Shown: positions 50,353 to 60,533, counted from the first letter of the whole stretch. The stretch: DNA of 62,472 nucleotides, filler included, from Acidimicrobiia bacterium (GCA_041619515.1; 9 parts of 9 records of this genome joined end to end with filler, not necessarily neighbours in it), one strand, 5' to 3'. Notes: a model not told the origin generated them from the letters alone. Program-made: numbers and translations.

Positions 50353-51795
50353 TCAATCGCGATCGACGATGGAGGAAAGGGACCGGGCGGCCTGGTCCTT
50401 GAGCGCCTCCTCATCGATGCCGGAACGCTCGATGGCGCCCTCGGCGACCTGCGGACCGGCCGATGCCAGGATCTGCTCGGCCACGCCGGCCCGTTCGAGC
50501 AGGGCCGCCGGCTCGATGCCGGCCGTTTCTGCCAGAACTTGTTGAGCGACCTGCTCGACGTGCACCGTGACCGGCTCGGGCTCGATGTCCTCACCGGCGG
50601 CCGACCGGACCAGTACGGCCTCCAGCCGGTCGGTGTCTCCGGTGTGATGGCTGATCACAACCAGCTCGCCACCCAGCAGCCTGAGCACCGAACCGGGCGG
50701 AAAGATTCCCATGAGCGAGATGAACGATTTCACGATGTCCGGGTCGAAATGGCCTCCCGCCCCCTGCAGGAGTATCTGGAGGGCGCGGTGCGGAGTTTCC
50801 GCCCGCCGATAGCTGCGCCGCGTGGTGATTGCGTCGTACACGTCCGAGACCGACACCAGCCGGCTGGCCAGGTGGGGACGCCCTGATGCCCCGAGCCGCG
50901 GGTATCCGAGGCCATCGAAGCGGGCGTGATGCTCGAGCGCGATTGTGGCCGCGATCTCATGGCCCGGTCCGCCGGCCGCGAAGATGGCTTCCGCTCCCTC
51001 CTGAGGATGAATGGTGACCTCTTTCCATTGCTCCCGGTCGAGGCGGCCCGGGAAGTTGAGGATGCGCGGCGAGATAGCCACCTTGCCGATGTCGTGCAGC
51101 ATGGCGCCCGCGCCGATCGGAACCAGGTCCTTTTGAGTCAGCCCGAGATACTGGCCGGTGGCAACTGCCATCAAGCAGGTGTTGACCGAATGGTAGAAGG
51201 TGTACTCGTCGTGGCTCTTGACGGTGCTCAGCAACAGCGCGGCACCGCTGGCATTGAGCGATTGGTCGATCAGTTCCTCAACGGCCTGCATCACGGGTCC
51301 CATCTCGAACGTGCCCTCGCGGGCGATGCGGTGGTCGAGGTTGCGCAAGGTCCCGACCACTCCGGAATAGGAGAATCGAAGGTCGGCAAAGGCGGAGTCG
51401 TCCTCCGAATCCAGAAGCGGGCTGACGTTGATGCGGATCGATCCGCCGGTTGCGAAGTCATCCGTTTGACCGCCGACAAACCTCACGAAATCGGCATACT
51501 CGGCCTGGTCGATCTGTCCGGCCAGCGTGATCGTCTCGATCTCCCGTCCGGCGAGGTCGACGTACAGGTTGGCGTAGGTGAGAGACGTGTAGGCCAGCAG
51601 ATCGCCGTTGAGGAAGAAGGCGTATCCCTTGAGGCCGACGACGGCCTCATCCCCGCTGGCGGCCAGGTTGGCGGCGGCCCGACAACCCAGCTGGAGAGCG
51701 GTCTGGCTGTTGGGATGATTGGCGGGGTAGAGGTTCAACTGACTGATTGCCGCCTGCAGCCGCTTGAGGAATTCCTGAACGTGTGATTCGTTCAT
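50353..51795 (-). CDS. HD-GYP cyclic-dinucleotide phosphodiesterase with uncharacterised N-terminal domain
   Basis: HDEYTFYHSVN, MLHDIGK, HP..G, EHHARFDGLGYP, DVYDAITTRRSYR; ATGA overlap with the upstream gene. Confidence 0.9.
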   Translation of the reverse strand: MNESHVQEFLKRLQAAISQLNLYPANHPNSQTALQLGCRAAANLAASGDEAVVGLKGYAFFLNGDLLAYTSLTYANLYVDLAGREIETITLAGQIDQAEYADFVRFVGGQTDDFATGGSIRINVSPLLDSEDDSAFADLRFSYSGVVGTLRNLDHRIAREGTFEMGPVMQAVEELIDQSLNASGAALLLSTVKSHDEYTFYHSVNTCLMAVATGQYLGLTQKDLVPIGAGAMLHDIGKVAISPRILNFPGRLDREQWKEVTIHPQEGAEAIFAAGGPGHEIAATIALEHHARFDGLGYPRLGASGRPHLASRLVSVSDVYDAITTRRSYRRAETPHRALQILLQGAGGHFDPDIVKSFISLMGIFPPGSVLRLLGGELVVISHHTGDTDRLEAVLVRSAAGEDIEPEPVTVHVEQVAQQVLAETAGIEPAALLERAGVAEQILASAGPQVAEGAIERSGIDEEALKDQAARSLSSIVDRD

Positions 51796-53765
51796 GCGGC
51801 GCTCCCGAGGACTTCCCGGGCGGCACGACGGGCAGCGCGCCGGCTCGAGGTGATGATGAAGGGCTTGCGCGCTATCTGGCGAAGCACCGCCAGCGAGCTG
51901 TCCGTCCCGAGGCCGAGCAGCAGTGCGGCGATTTCGGTGCGAGCGCCGTCCATAGAGCGATCGGTGAGCGCCTGGGTCAACTCTTCCTCGACCAGCGGCG
52001 ACGACGTTCCCTTCAGCAGGAGGAAGGCAGTCTCCCTGACGAGGTCGTGCTCGTGGGCAAGCCCCCGGACCAGGCCGGGCACAGCCTCGTCTGGTGCGAT
52101 GGGAGTCAGAGCCCGCATCGACTCGATGACGACCCGGTGATCGGGATGTTCCATCAGGATCCGGAGGTGGGGTACCCACCGATTGCCGCCGATCTTGCCG
52201 GCGATCGTGACTGCGTTCCGCACGACGTACCACTGTGGATCACGGAGAAATCGGACGATCGGTTGGGTGAAGTTCGACCCAACGACCACCAGCAGGGCAA
52301 CCAGCGCCCGGCGGGTCGCCGCGTCCTCTTCCACAGACAACCGCTCCATCAGGTGGGTGGCGGCCGGTTCGCCGAACCCCGCGATCAGCTCGCCCAAACC
52401 CTCCCGGGTGGCCGGATCCTGCGCCGCCGAGTTGAAGACGGCGTAGTCACTGCGGAGCAAGTCGACCAGCTTGTCCTCGACGACCTGCCGTTTGTGAGGC
52501 GCGAGCTCGGCGTCTATGCCTGCTTGGAGTACCCCGATGGCGCCGTCGAGGTCCCCCGCTGCGACCGCATCAGAAATTCGACGACACCAGGCTTCGACGA
52601 AACGAGTAAACCGGTCGGGTCTGTCCTCGATCTCCATCACGGTCGCCAGAACGTATAGGCCGAGGGCGTCCGCACCCAGCGCCTCTGCCCGCAGCTTTCC
52701 GGCCAGGCCACCGGTAGCGCCACCCAGTCCCCCGATGCCTTCGATCATCTCCCGAATCCGGTCCGCCGCGCTCTTGCGCGCAACCTTCACATCTCGAGCG
52801 GCCGAGACCATTGGCAGCAGCTCATCGGCCGAACCGGTCTCGCTGTCCACCACGTCGCGGGCATAGCCGACCAGCTTCTCGAAGCCCTCCTCATCCAGGT
52901 GCGGCGCCAGTTCCGCCAGTTCGAGACCGGCGAACTGGTCGAGCAGCAGGCCGTGGAGTCCCTCGGACCGGTTGTCGAGGAACGTGCGGAGCACCTGGGC
53001 CTGCGCCTCAACCGGGATCAGGAAGAACGCCTCGGCGAATGTGTCCACGGGCGGTCGCGTCTTGGGAGGCTGTCGGTAGGCGGCGAGCATCTCGGGAACA
53101 GATTCGCTTTCGGCCCCGGCGGATGCAGCGGCCGGATACACCATTCGATACGCCTCGCAGAAGGAGGAGGCGATCTGCTCGGGATCCCCATCTGCTTCCT
53201 CGACCATCGCCTTCGCCACGACGGTCGCGTCGGCCCCGCTGGCAACCATGCGGGCCAGCCTGGAGGCTCGAAGCCCACCGTCCCCGGCATCGGAGGCCTC
53301 GTCGCGAATTGTCTCCTCCCAGGGCTTCTCGAGAGCATCCACCAGCAGGCCGCGCTGGGTGACGGAAATGGAAAAGACTTCGCGGTTTTGGAGCACCTGG
53401 GCGATGCCGCCGGAGGCACGGGTCGCGTGCTCGTCGGCTGCCAGGAGCTCGAAGAACTGGTTGAGGTCCTCAGCCGCGGGCACTCCGACGAGCTCGAGCC
53501 ATTCGACCTCGTGAATGAACAGCCGCAGCGACAGGCGGGCAGTACCCCCGCGCTCGATCGAGAGCGGCTCCCCGTCGCAGGAAACGGTTCCGGCACCGAT
53601 CTCATAGGTGATGGAGGAGTCGGCCAGCACCGACAGGCGCCCGACTGCGCCCATGAAAGCAGGCTGCCCGACCGGGTCCGGATACAGCTCATGGACCCCC
53701 CAGCCAATTCCGAGGGCGTCGAAGACTTCCACCGGGTCCGCACGACGGTCGGGAAGACGGTTCAC
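51792..53765 (-). CDS. HEAT-repeat protein
   Basis: C-terminal HEAT units DPQWYVVRNAV, HPDHRVVIESMRAL, HEHDLVRETA. Confidence 0.8.
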   Translation of the reverse strand: MNRLPDRRADPVEVFDALGIGWGVHELYPDPVGQPAFMGAVGRLSVLADSSITYEIGAGTVSCDGEPLSIERGGTARLSLRLFIHEVEWLELVGVPAAEDLNQFFELLAADEHATRASGGIAQVLQNREVFSISVTQRGLLVDALEKPWEETIRDEASDAGDGGLRASRLARMVASGADATVVAKAMVEEADGDPEQIASSFCEAYRMVYPAAASAGAESESVPEMLAAYRQPPKTRPPVDTFAEAFFLIPVEAQAQVLRTFLDNRSEGLHGLLLDQFAGLELAELAPHLDEEGFEKLVGYARDVVDSETGSADELLPMVSAARDVKVARKSAADRIREMIEGIGGLGGATGGLAGKLRAEALGADALGLYVLATVMEIEDRPDRFTRFVEAWCRRISDAVAAGDLDGAIGVLQAGIDAELAPHKRQVVEDKLVDLLRSDYAVFNSAAQDPATREGLGELIAGFGEPAATHLMERLSVEEDAATRRALVALLVVVGSNFTQPIVRFLRDPQWYVVRNAVTIAGKIGGNRWVPHLRILMEHPDHRVVIESMRALTPIAPDEAVPGLVRGLAHEHDLVRETAFLLLKGTSSPLVEEELTQALTDRSMDGARTEIAALLLGLGTDSSLAVLRQIARKPFIITSSRRAARRAAREVLGSAA

Positions 53766-53953
53766 GGCGAAACCTCTCCACTGTCCAGTGGATGCCCGCC
53801 GCGGTCGGGGCGCGTAGTCACCACTTTCACCTGAGAATCATCGGTGTCACCCGGCCCCGCTTGACCGATTTGGGATCCCAGGTTCACGGGGACCTAAAAA
53901 ACGCGAAGCAGCTCCCAACCGAATACACTTTTCGGGTCTTCCCGAAAAGTCCC

Positions 53954-55300
53954 GTGGTATCAGCTCCCGATAAGAACCGAACGCGATTTGTCTGGCCCCT
54001 CTTGGCCGGCTGGGTTGTGATCGCCATAGTGGCAGTCGCGATCTCAGTGCCCCGCGCCGAAGACGAGCTTGCCGGCGACGCCCGGCAGGCGCTGCAAGAG
54101 GCCGGAATCGCTGCTCAGGTCGAGTTCAGCGGGCGGGACGCGACGCTCTCGGGTGATCTGACGCCCGCCGACCAAGAGCTGGCGCTTGAGGTCGTGCGCG
54201 GCGTCACCGGCGTGCGCGAGGCCCGATGGCGCGTTTCGGATGCCGCCCCGGGCCCTACCACCATCGCCCCGGTGCAAACCACTTCGACGACCGCGCCGTC
54301 GACGACCTCCACGTCGGCATCAACGGATCCACCGGGCTCGGCGGCCCCTGCCTCGCTCAATGCCATTCTCAGCCGGGGAGCACTCGAGCTGTCCGGCACG
54401 CTGCCGAGCGCCGAGATTGCCGCCCAGGTGGCAGCCGTCGCCAACCTCATCTACGGCCCGTTCGTGACGAACGACCTGCAGGTCGACGAATCGGTAGCCG
54501 CCGGGTCATGGCTCCCAGGAGCGCCCAACCTCATGGCTTTTCTCCCAATCGTCGGCGAGGCCGACCTCCGGGTCGTGGGGAACGAAGCAACTCTGACGGG
54601 AACTGCCGGCAGCGCCGAGAAAAAGGGCCAGTTGGAGGCCGCCCTGGGCGCTGCCCTGGGGAGCGAGGTGACCCTGACAAGCGCCATCGAGGTCACCGAC
54701 CGCACACCGCCGGTGTATCTGGCCGAGGCACCGGGCGACGGGACGGTGACGCTGTCGGGGATCATGCCGGACCAGTCGGCGATCGACATGATCGTGGATG
54801 CCGCCGTGGAGGTCTTCGGCGAGCCAAACGTCACCGACTCCCTGACCATCGGAACCGATGTGGACACGACGTTTTCCCTGTTTCGCATTCCCCTCACCTT
54901 CGCCCAGTTCGCACCCATCCCCGAGTGGGAGCTCCAGATCGAGAACGATGTCATCACGGGCAGCGTGCGGGGCGGCGCCACGTTCGGGTTCGGGAGCGCC
55001 GAGCTGACTCCCGAACTGCGCGTCCTGCTCGAAACCGGCGCCGGCATCCTGCTGCGCAACCCGAGCATCGCGATGACGATTGAGGGCCACACCGATTCGG
55101 TGGGCAGCGACGCATTCAACCTCGCCCTCAGCAACGCTCGCGCCCAGGCCGGCGCGGACTACCTGGTCGAGCTGGGTGTCGATCCCGGGCGCCTCATCGC
55201 CGTCGGATACGGAGAGACCAGGCCGATTGCCGACAACGGGACCCCGGAGGGCCGGACCAAGAATCGACGACTCGAGTTCGCACTCGGGCCCCCGAGTTAG
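53954..55300 (+). CDS. BON + OmpA-like peptidoglycan-binding protein (ArfA/Rv0899-like architecture)
   Basis: N-terminal TM, BON-like GRDATLSG..GVREA, Thr-rich linker, C-terminal IEGHTD..LSNARA..NRRLE. Confidence 0.85.
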   Translation: MVSAPDKNRTRFVWPLLAGWVVIAIVAVAISVPRAEDELAGDARQALQEAGIAAQVEFSGRDATLSGDLTPADQELALEVVRGVTGVREARWRVSDAAPGPTTIAPVQTTSTTAPSTTSTSASTDPPGSAAPASLNAILSRGALELSGTLPSAEIAAQVAAVANLIYGPFVTNDLQVDESVAAGSWLPGAPNLMAFLPIVGEADLRVVGNEATLTGTAGSAEKKGQLEAALGAALGSEVTLTSAIEVTDRTPPVYLAEAPGDGTVTLSGIMPDQSAIDMIVDAAVEVFGEPNVTDSLTIGTDVDTTFSLFRIPLTFAQFAPIPEWELQIENDVITGSVRGGATFGFGSAELTPELRVLLETGAGILLRNPSIAMTIEGHTDSVGSDAFNLALSNARAQAGADYLVELGVDPGRLIAVGYGETRPIADNGTPEGRTKNRRLEFALGPPS

Positions 55301-55309
55301 GAGAAGACC

Positions 55310-55987
55310 ATGCGTGGAAGCGGATATGCGATCGGAGAAATCCTCATCTTCCTGGCGATTGCCGCCATCATCGGCTTCCTCGTGGGCTGGCTGGTGTTTT
55401 ACCGGAAGCCGGAGAAGACCGGCCCGCTTTCGGAGGCGAACCCGAACCACGTTCGCCGCCTGGAGGAGCGTGCCAAGGCCGTCGATTCCAGGATGGCCGG
55501 CGTCGAGAAGCGGGCCGGGCTGCTGCTCGATTCGCTGTCGAGGGCGTCCCGGGCGAAGCCCCCGGCCCCCGCCGGGGCGCCATCGGCGGTCCCCGGAGCG
55601 CCCGCCGGCGACAAGGTTGCCGGCACCCCGGATGCGAAGGTGGCTCCTGCTTCCCCCGGCCCCGCCAAAGAAGGGGCCGGGCCGGCCGAGGCAACCGCCG
55701 CCAAAAAAGAAGGCGACCAACCCACCCCACCCAAAGACAAAGCCCCCACCGGCGCCCCCGCAACCAAACCAGCCGCCGCCAAACAAGCAGACGACCAACC
55801 CACCCCACCCAAAGACAAAACCCCCACCGGCGCCCCCGAAACCAAACCAGCCGCCGCCGAGGCGGGGCGCAAACAGGAGTCGTCGGACGCCGACAGCTAC
55901 CTATCGGACGCAGACGAGCGAATCCACAAGCTGGAGGAGACGCTCGATGCCCTCAGCGAGAAGCTGGCCGAGCTGGAAAACGAGTAA
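55310..55987 (+). CDS. Membrane-anchored Pro/Ala/Lys-rich protein with terminal coiled coil
   Basis: AGGAG RBS; one TM helix; low-complexity middle. Confidence 0.75.
   Translation: MRGSGYAIGEILIFLAIAAIIGFLVGWLVFYRKPEKTGPLSEANPNHVRRLEERAKAVDSRMAGVEKRAGLLLDSLSRASRAKPPAPAGAPSAVPGAPAGDKVAGTPDAKVAPASPGPAKEGAGPAEATAAKKEGDQPTPPKDKAPTGAPATKPAAAKQADDQPTPPKDKTPTGAPETKPAAAEAGRKQESSDADSYLSDADERIHKLEETLDALSEKLAELENE
55714..55858 (+). repeat. 78-bp-period coding duplication
   Basis: DQPTPPKDK(A/T)PTGAP(A/E)TKPAAA twice, starting at 55714 and 55792. Confidence 0.9.
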
Positions 55988-56082
55988 CGGTCGCCCTGCG
56001 GGGGTCGGCGGCCGGCTGCGGCCCGGTCAGAGCCCGACCCGGGCATTGAACTGGTCGATCAGCTCGTCGATCGGGTCCGCCA

Positions 56083-56182
56083 NNNNNNNNNNNNNNNNNN
56101 NNNNNNNNNNNNNNNNNNNNNNNNNNTTAATTAATTAANNNNNNNNNNNNNNNNNNNNNNNNNNNNNNNNNNNNNNNNNNNN
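56083..56182. other. Artificial contig spacer
   Basis: N-run with TTAATTAATTAA. Confidence 0.99.
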
Positions 56183-56398
56183 GGTCAAGATGTGGTGCAG
56201 ATAGAGCGTGTCCGGGCCGATCAGGCCGGCCCCGCGGGCCCGGTAGAAGTCGGGAAGCCCGTCGACCTCGCGCCAGAACTCGACCGGATCGACGTCGAAG
56301 CGGCGAAACAACGGCAGCTGCATGTATCCGGGGATGAGGGTCCGGTCGAAATCCCAGATGAGCGCAATCGTGCTTTGGGGGAAGAGGGTGCGGGTCAT
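56183..56398 (-). CDS. HAD-like hydrolase, 3'-truncated
   Basis: HAD motif I: IALIWDFDRTLIPGYMQ. Confidence 0.75.
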
Positions 56399-56533
56399 GT
56401 CTAGTTACTGTCGGCTGCGGCCCAGCCTATCTGGAGTGAGAGCGCGAAATCCAGGAGAATTCCCCATCTCGCCACCTTCCGTGGTCCCGAGCGCCACTCC
56501 CGGACCGGGGCCCATGGGGTAACGTTTCGACCG

Positions 56534-56968
56534 ATGCCACCACGCCTGAGACGACGTGCCATCCCGGCCCTGCTGATCTCCGCCCTCCTCGCCGGCTGTT
56601 CCGGCCAGGAATACGAGCCGTCGTACGGATACATCCTCGAAACGTATTACGAGAACGGCGTTCCCGCCGGACAGTTGTCGGCGCTGGCCGATGGGCTTGT
56701 CACCGAGGCCGAGGTAGAACAAGCGGCGGCGGCGACCGATGCCTGCGTCGCCGCCGTCCCCGGGGTCTCGTCTGTGGAGGAATACCGGTGGGTAGAGGAG
56801 GACGGCGAATTCGCCGGCGGCAAGCTCGAGATCGAGGAAGACGCCGACCGGGACGTTGTGCTCGCCCAAGCCCGGGCCTGCTACTTCCAGTACATCGGCC
56901 TCATCGAGTTCGCCTGGCTCGACCAGGTGTACTTCGGGGGATGGACCGACGAGAACCTGCGGGGCTAG
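56534..56968 (+). CDS. Small acidic lipoprotein
   Basis: Lipobox LLAGC; QLSALADGLVTEAEV..DACV; two mature Cys. Confidence 0.75.
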   Translation: MPPRLRRRAIPALLISALLAGCSGQEYEPSYGYILETYYENGVPAGQLSALADGLVTEAEVEQAAAATDACVAAVPGVSSVEEYRWVEEDGEFAGGKLEIEEDADRDVVLAQARACYFQYIGLIEFAWLDQVYFGGWTDENLRG

Positions 56969-58320
56969 ACGGCGACGTCGCGTCCGAGATCGCTGAACAG
57001 GGTGAACTCACCGAGGAACGTCATGTCGACCCGGCCGGTGGCGCCGGCCCGATGCTTGGCGATGTTGACCTCGGCGACGCCGCGGTTTTCGACGTTCTCC
57101 GGGTGGTAGTACTCGTCGCGGTAGATGAACATGACGACGTCGGCATCCTGTTCGATCGCCCCCGACTCGCGCAGGTCACCGAGCATCGGGCGCTTGTCCT
57201 GGCGCTGCTCCAGGGCACGATTGAGCTGCGAGACGGCGATGATCGGCACGTGCAGCTCGCGGGCGAGGTTCTTGAGGTTGCGGCTGATCTCAGCGATTTC
57301 CTGCTGGCGGTTCTCGGTGCGCCGGTTGCCACCGGTCATGAGCTGGATGTAGTCGACGACGACCAGCTCGAGGCCGTGCTGGCGCTTGAGCCGCCGGCAC
57401 TTGGCTCTGATCTCGGTGACCGTGAGAGATGCTGAATCGTCGACGTAGATCGGCGCCTCGAACAGCTCACCGGCGGCTCTGGCCACCCGCTGCCATTCCT
57501 GCTCACCCAGCTGACCGGTGCGCAGCTTCTGCGAGTCGATCCGACCCTTCGAGCACAGCAGGCGCTGCACCACCTCTTCGCGGCTCATCTCCAGGGTGAA
57601 GATGGCCGCCGTGTGCCCGTGCACCGCAACGTTGAGAGCAATGTTGGTCGCCAAGGTGCTCTTCCCCATGCTGGGCCGGGCCGCGATCACCACGAGGTTG
57701 GCGGCGTGGAGGCCGGCCAATTTCCGATCGAGGTCCTTGAACCCGGTGGGGATGCCGGTGATGTCGGACCCGCGGCTCCCCAGCTCCTCGATCTGTTCGA
57801 GTGTCGTGTGAACCAACGGACGAACCGGCACCAGGCCGTCGCCCATCCGCCTCTCGGCCACTTTGAAGATCGCCTGCTCCGCCTGGTCCATGACCTCAGC
57901 GATCTCGGCGTCTTCGAAGGCCAGGCCTCCGATGGCGGAGCTGGCATCCAGCAGCCGGCGTCGTTGGGAGCTCTCCTCGACGATGGCGGCGTAGTAGTCG
58001 ACATTGCTGGCGGTGGGGACCGCATCGATGAGACCGGTCAGGTAGGCGATCCCTCCCATCCGGTCGAGCTGCTCCCGCCTGCGCAACGCGTCGGAAACGG
58101 TTATCGCATCAACCGGCTGGTTGGCGTCGAACAGCTCGACGATCGCCTCGAAGATCAACTGATGAGCCGGCTTGTAGAAGTCGGCGGGCTCGAGATGATC
58201 CATCACCGTGTTGACGGCATCGGCCGAGATCATGGCCGCCCCGAGCACCGACTCTTCGGCGTCGAGATTGGAGGGCGGAACCCGCAGCCGGGACCGTCCC
58301 TCCTGGTAGTCGATCGCCAT
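56965..58320 (-). CDS. dnaB: Replicative DNA helicase
   Basis: AARPSMGKS, VDYIQLM, SQLNR, DLRESGAIEQDAD, KHRAG; no intein. Confidence 0.97.
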   Translation of the reverse strand: MAIDYQEGRSRLRVPPSNLDAEESVLGAAMISADAVNTVMDHLEPADFYKPAHQLIFEAIVELFDANQPVDAITVSDALRRREQLDRMGGIAYLTGLIDAVPTASNVDYYAAIVEESSQRRRLLDASSAIGGLAFEDAEIAEVMDQAEQAIFKVAERRMGDGLVPVRPLVHTTLEQIEELGSRGSDITGIPTGFKDLDRKLAGLHAANLVVIAARPSMGKSTLATNIALNVAVHGHTAAIFTLEMSREEVVQRLLCSKGRIDSQKLRTGQLGEQEWQRVARAAGELFEAPIYVDDSASLTVTEIRAKCRRLKRQHGLELVVVDYIQLMTGGNRRTENRQQEIAEISRNLKNLARELHVPIIAVSQLNRALEQRQDKRPMLGDLRESGAIEQDADVVMFIYRDEYYHPENVENRGVAEVNIAKHRAGATGRVDMTFLGEFTLFSDLGRDVAV

Positions 58321-58331
58321 TCAGTGCCCTC

Positions 58332-58778
58332 CTAGGCGGGAACAACGTCCAGTGCGACCTGGAATTCAACCTCGGGGTGGGTGCGAACTGTGACTTCGTG
58401 CAGACCGATCGCCCGTATCGGGGGTTGCACGACGATGGAACTGCGGGGAACGTCGAGGCCGACGAACGTCTTGATCGCCTGGGCGACATCTGCGGGGCCG
58501 ATGGAGCCGAACAACTTGCCCTCGTCGCCGGCCCGGGCGGCTATGACCACCCGGGTGCCGGTCAAAGCATCCTTGATGCGGTCGGCTTCCTCACGCGCTC
58601 TGCGCTCGGTTTCGATCCTCACCTGCCGCATCTTCTCGGCCTGTTTGAGGTTCCCGGCCGACGCCTTCACTCCCAGCGAACGCGGCACCAGGTAGTTGCG
58701 GGCGTAGCCGTCGGCCACGTCCACGACGTCACCCTTCTGGCCGAGGTCCTCGACGTCCTTGGTCAGAATGACCTTCAT
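58332..58778 (-). CDS. rplI: 50S ribosomal protein L9
   Basis: [24 protein letters not shown]. Confidence 0.97.
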   Translation of the reverse strand: MKVILTKDVEDLGQKGDVVDVADGYARNYLVPRSLGVKASAGNLKQAEKMRQVRIETERRAREEADRIKDALTGTRVVIAARAGDEGKLFGSIGPADVAQAIKTFVGLDVPRSSIVVQPPIRAIGLHEVTVRTHPEVEFQVALDVVPA

Positions 58779-59065
58779 CGGCCTTCACCCTGCAAACCGG
58801 TGTACGGGAGCAGCGCCAGCTCGCGGCCGTTCTTGATGGCGACCGCCAGCTCGCGCTGGTGACGGCCGCAGGTTCCGGTCACCCGGCGGGCCCGGATCTT
58901 GGCCCGATCGGATAGGAAGCGCCGCAGCATGGCGGTGTCCTTGTAGTCGATGTAGTCGATCTTCTCGGTGCAGAAGTAGCAGACGAGCTTGCGCGGCCGC
59001 CGGTCCGGGCGCTCCCGGCGGCGGCGGCCCTTGCTCGAGCTGGAGGAAGTTGCTTTGCGTGCCAT
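58775..59065 (-). CDS. rpsR: 30S ribosomal protein S18 (Zn-binding C+ form)
   Basis: [25 protein letters not shown]. Confidence 0.97.
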   Translation of the reverse strand: MARKATSSSSSKGRRRRERPDRRPRKLVCYFCTEKIDYIDYKDTAMLRRFLSDRAKIRARRVTGTCGRHQRELAVAIKNGRELALLPYTGLQGEGR

Positions 59066-59074
59066 TGCCGTCTC

Positions 59075-59521
59075 CTAAAAGGGGGCCTCGTCGGGCCCGA
59101 AATCGTCGCGAGCGACCGGGGCGGCGGGAACCGTCGCCGGCTGGCCACCACCGAAGTTGTCCGAACGGGGGGTCTTGGTCACAGACGCCGTCGCCCATCG
59201 CAGTGACGGACCGAGCTCGTCGATCCGCACTTCGACCATGGAGCGCTTCTCGCCCTCCTGGGTCTCCCACGACCGCTGCTCGAGGCTGCCGGTGATGATG
59301 ACCCGCATTCCCTTCTGGAGCGACTCGGCGGCATTCTCGGCCGCTTCTCGCCAGAGGGTTCCCCCGAAGAAGCTGGTCTCCTCCTGCCATTCGCCTTGCT
59401 GGTCGCGCCAGCGCCGATTGACTGCGACGCGGATCTTGGCCATTGCGACGCCCGACGGGGTAAACCGCAGCTCGGGATCTTCGACGAGATTGCCGACCAG
59501 GGTTACTGAGTTTCCTGCCAT
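59075..59521 (-). CDS. ssb: Single-stranded DNA-binding protein
   Basis: [16 protein letters not shown]; acidic tail DEAPF. Confidence 0.97.
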   Translation of the reverse strand: MAGNSVTLVGNLVEDPELRFTPSGVAMAKIRVAVNRRWRDQQGEWQEETSFFGGTLWREAAENAAESLQKGMRVIITGSLEQRSWETQEGEKRSMVEVRIDELGPSLRWATASVTKTPRSDNFGGGQPATVPAAPVARDDFGPDEAPF

Positions 59522-59558
59522 TGTCTTCTCTCTTCGTTCTCGGTTGTTTCTCTGTCTA

Positions 59559-59867
59559 TCACGCAGGTGTGACAGGTTTCCGGTGGTCGGTGCGGATGAA
59601 TTTGTGTCGAATCACCGCATCGGTCAGGGAAAGTGTCCGGTCGACCTCGTCGAGGGCGCCGGGCTCGGCGTCTAGATAGAACACCGAGTAGAAGCCTTCC
59701 CGCATGTGGTCGATCTCGTAGGCAAAGCGCCGTTTGCCCCAGAATTCGGTTTCACCCACCTCAACGCCCTGGTTCTTCAGGGTTGTCTCAATCTGACTCA
59801 CCGCCGCCCGGACCTCGGTTTCAGCCAGGTCTGGCCGGTGGATGGTCATCAGCTCATAGCTGCGCAT
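59559..59867 (-). CDS. rpsF: 30S ribosomal protein S6
   Basis: [37 protein letters not shown]. Confidence 0.97.
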   Translation of the reverse strand: MRSYELMTIHRPDLAETEVRAAVSQIETTLKNQGVEVGETEFWGKRRFAYEIDHMREGFYSVFYLDAEPGALDEVDRTLSLTDAVIRHKFIRTDHRKPVTPA

Positions 59868-59945
59868 CGTATATGTACCTCCTCTGGACATCCGCATTCG
59901 GACGGCCCCGCCTGGGGCAGGAATATGGGGAAGGCCGAGATTGTA
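59868..59945 (-). promoter_or_regulatory. rpsF promoter (-10 TACAAT) and probable S6:S18 autoregulatory leader
   Basis: TACAAT at 59940-59945; leader has UUCCU able to pair with the SD AGGAG, an adjacent CCC(C) and a hairpin CGUCCG-AAUG-CGGAUG. Confidence 0.5.
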
Positions 59946-59978
59946 CCCCGTGCCCCGGCTTGGAAGCCAGGCGGGCAT

Positions 59979-60533
59979 CTAGATTTCTTTCCCGCTCCCG
60001 TCCAGACCGTCGATCAGCACGAGACGGGCGTCCGCCGCCAGGCCCGCCAGCGAGCCGGCGGGGGCCTCGAGGGCATAGCGCGCCGGCTCCTCCGAGGAGT
60101 AGGTGGGGCAGTCCCCGTCCGGGCACGTCACCATCGAGGTGCGATGGACCAGCACGCCCGCGGCATCGAAGAAGGCGATGTCGAGGGGTAGCAGCGTGTC
60201 CTTCATCCAGAACGACCGCACCGCCTCCTCGTCGAAGACGAACAGCATCCCATCGAGCGGGCTGAGATCCTCGACTCCCATCAATCCCCGGCGTCGTCGA
60301 TCGTTGGTGTCGGCCACCGCAACGGTGTACGGAACCCCCCCGACCTCGATGATGGCCCGTTCGAAGTCGGGGAGCAGCCCGTCGACCGGAGTGGTCGAGC
60401 TGGTCGTGGGAGGCGGCATGGATGTCGTGCTGCCGAGTGTGCCGACCTGCGATGTCGTGCTGGTGGGGTCGGGTGAGGTGGAGTCCCCGGTGCACGCCGC
60501 CACGGCCAGGCCGATGGACAGCACCAGCCCCAC
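59979..60533 (-). CDS. DUF192 lipoprotein
   Basis: Lipobox VAAC, Thr-rich linker, RRRGLMG, GMLFVF, FWMKDTLLPLDIAF, YALE. Confidence 0.88.
   Translation of the reverse strand: MGLVLSIGLAVAACTGDSTSPDPTSTTSQVGTLGSTTSMPPPTTSSTTPVDGLLPDFERAIIEVGGVPYTVAVADTNDRRRRGLMGVEDLSPLDGMLFVFDEEAVRSFWMKDTLLPLDIAFFDAAGVLVHRTSMVTCPDGDCPTYSSEEPARYALEAPAGSLAGLAADARLVLIDGLDGSGKEI

Noticed and set aside
7464..56182. Recurring TTAATTAATTAA within N-runs at ~6.5-7.4 kb spacing
   Set aside because: Artificial all-frame-stop linker between size-sorted contigs. Genes on opposite sides are not neighbours, so no cross-spacer operon was inferred.
56965..58320. Intein in dnaB
   Set aside because: Normal 451-aa length with contiguous motifs.
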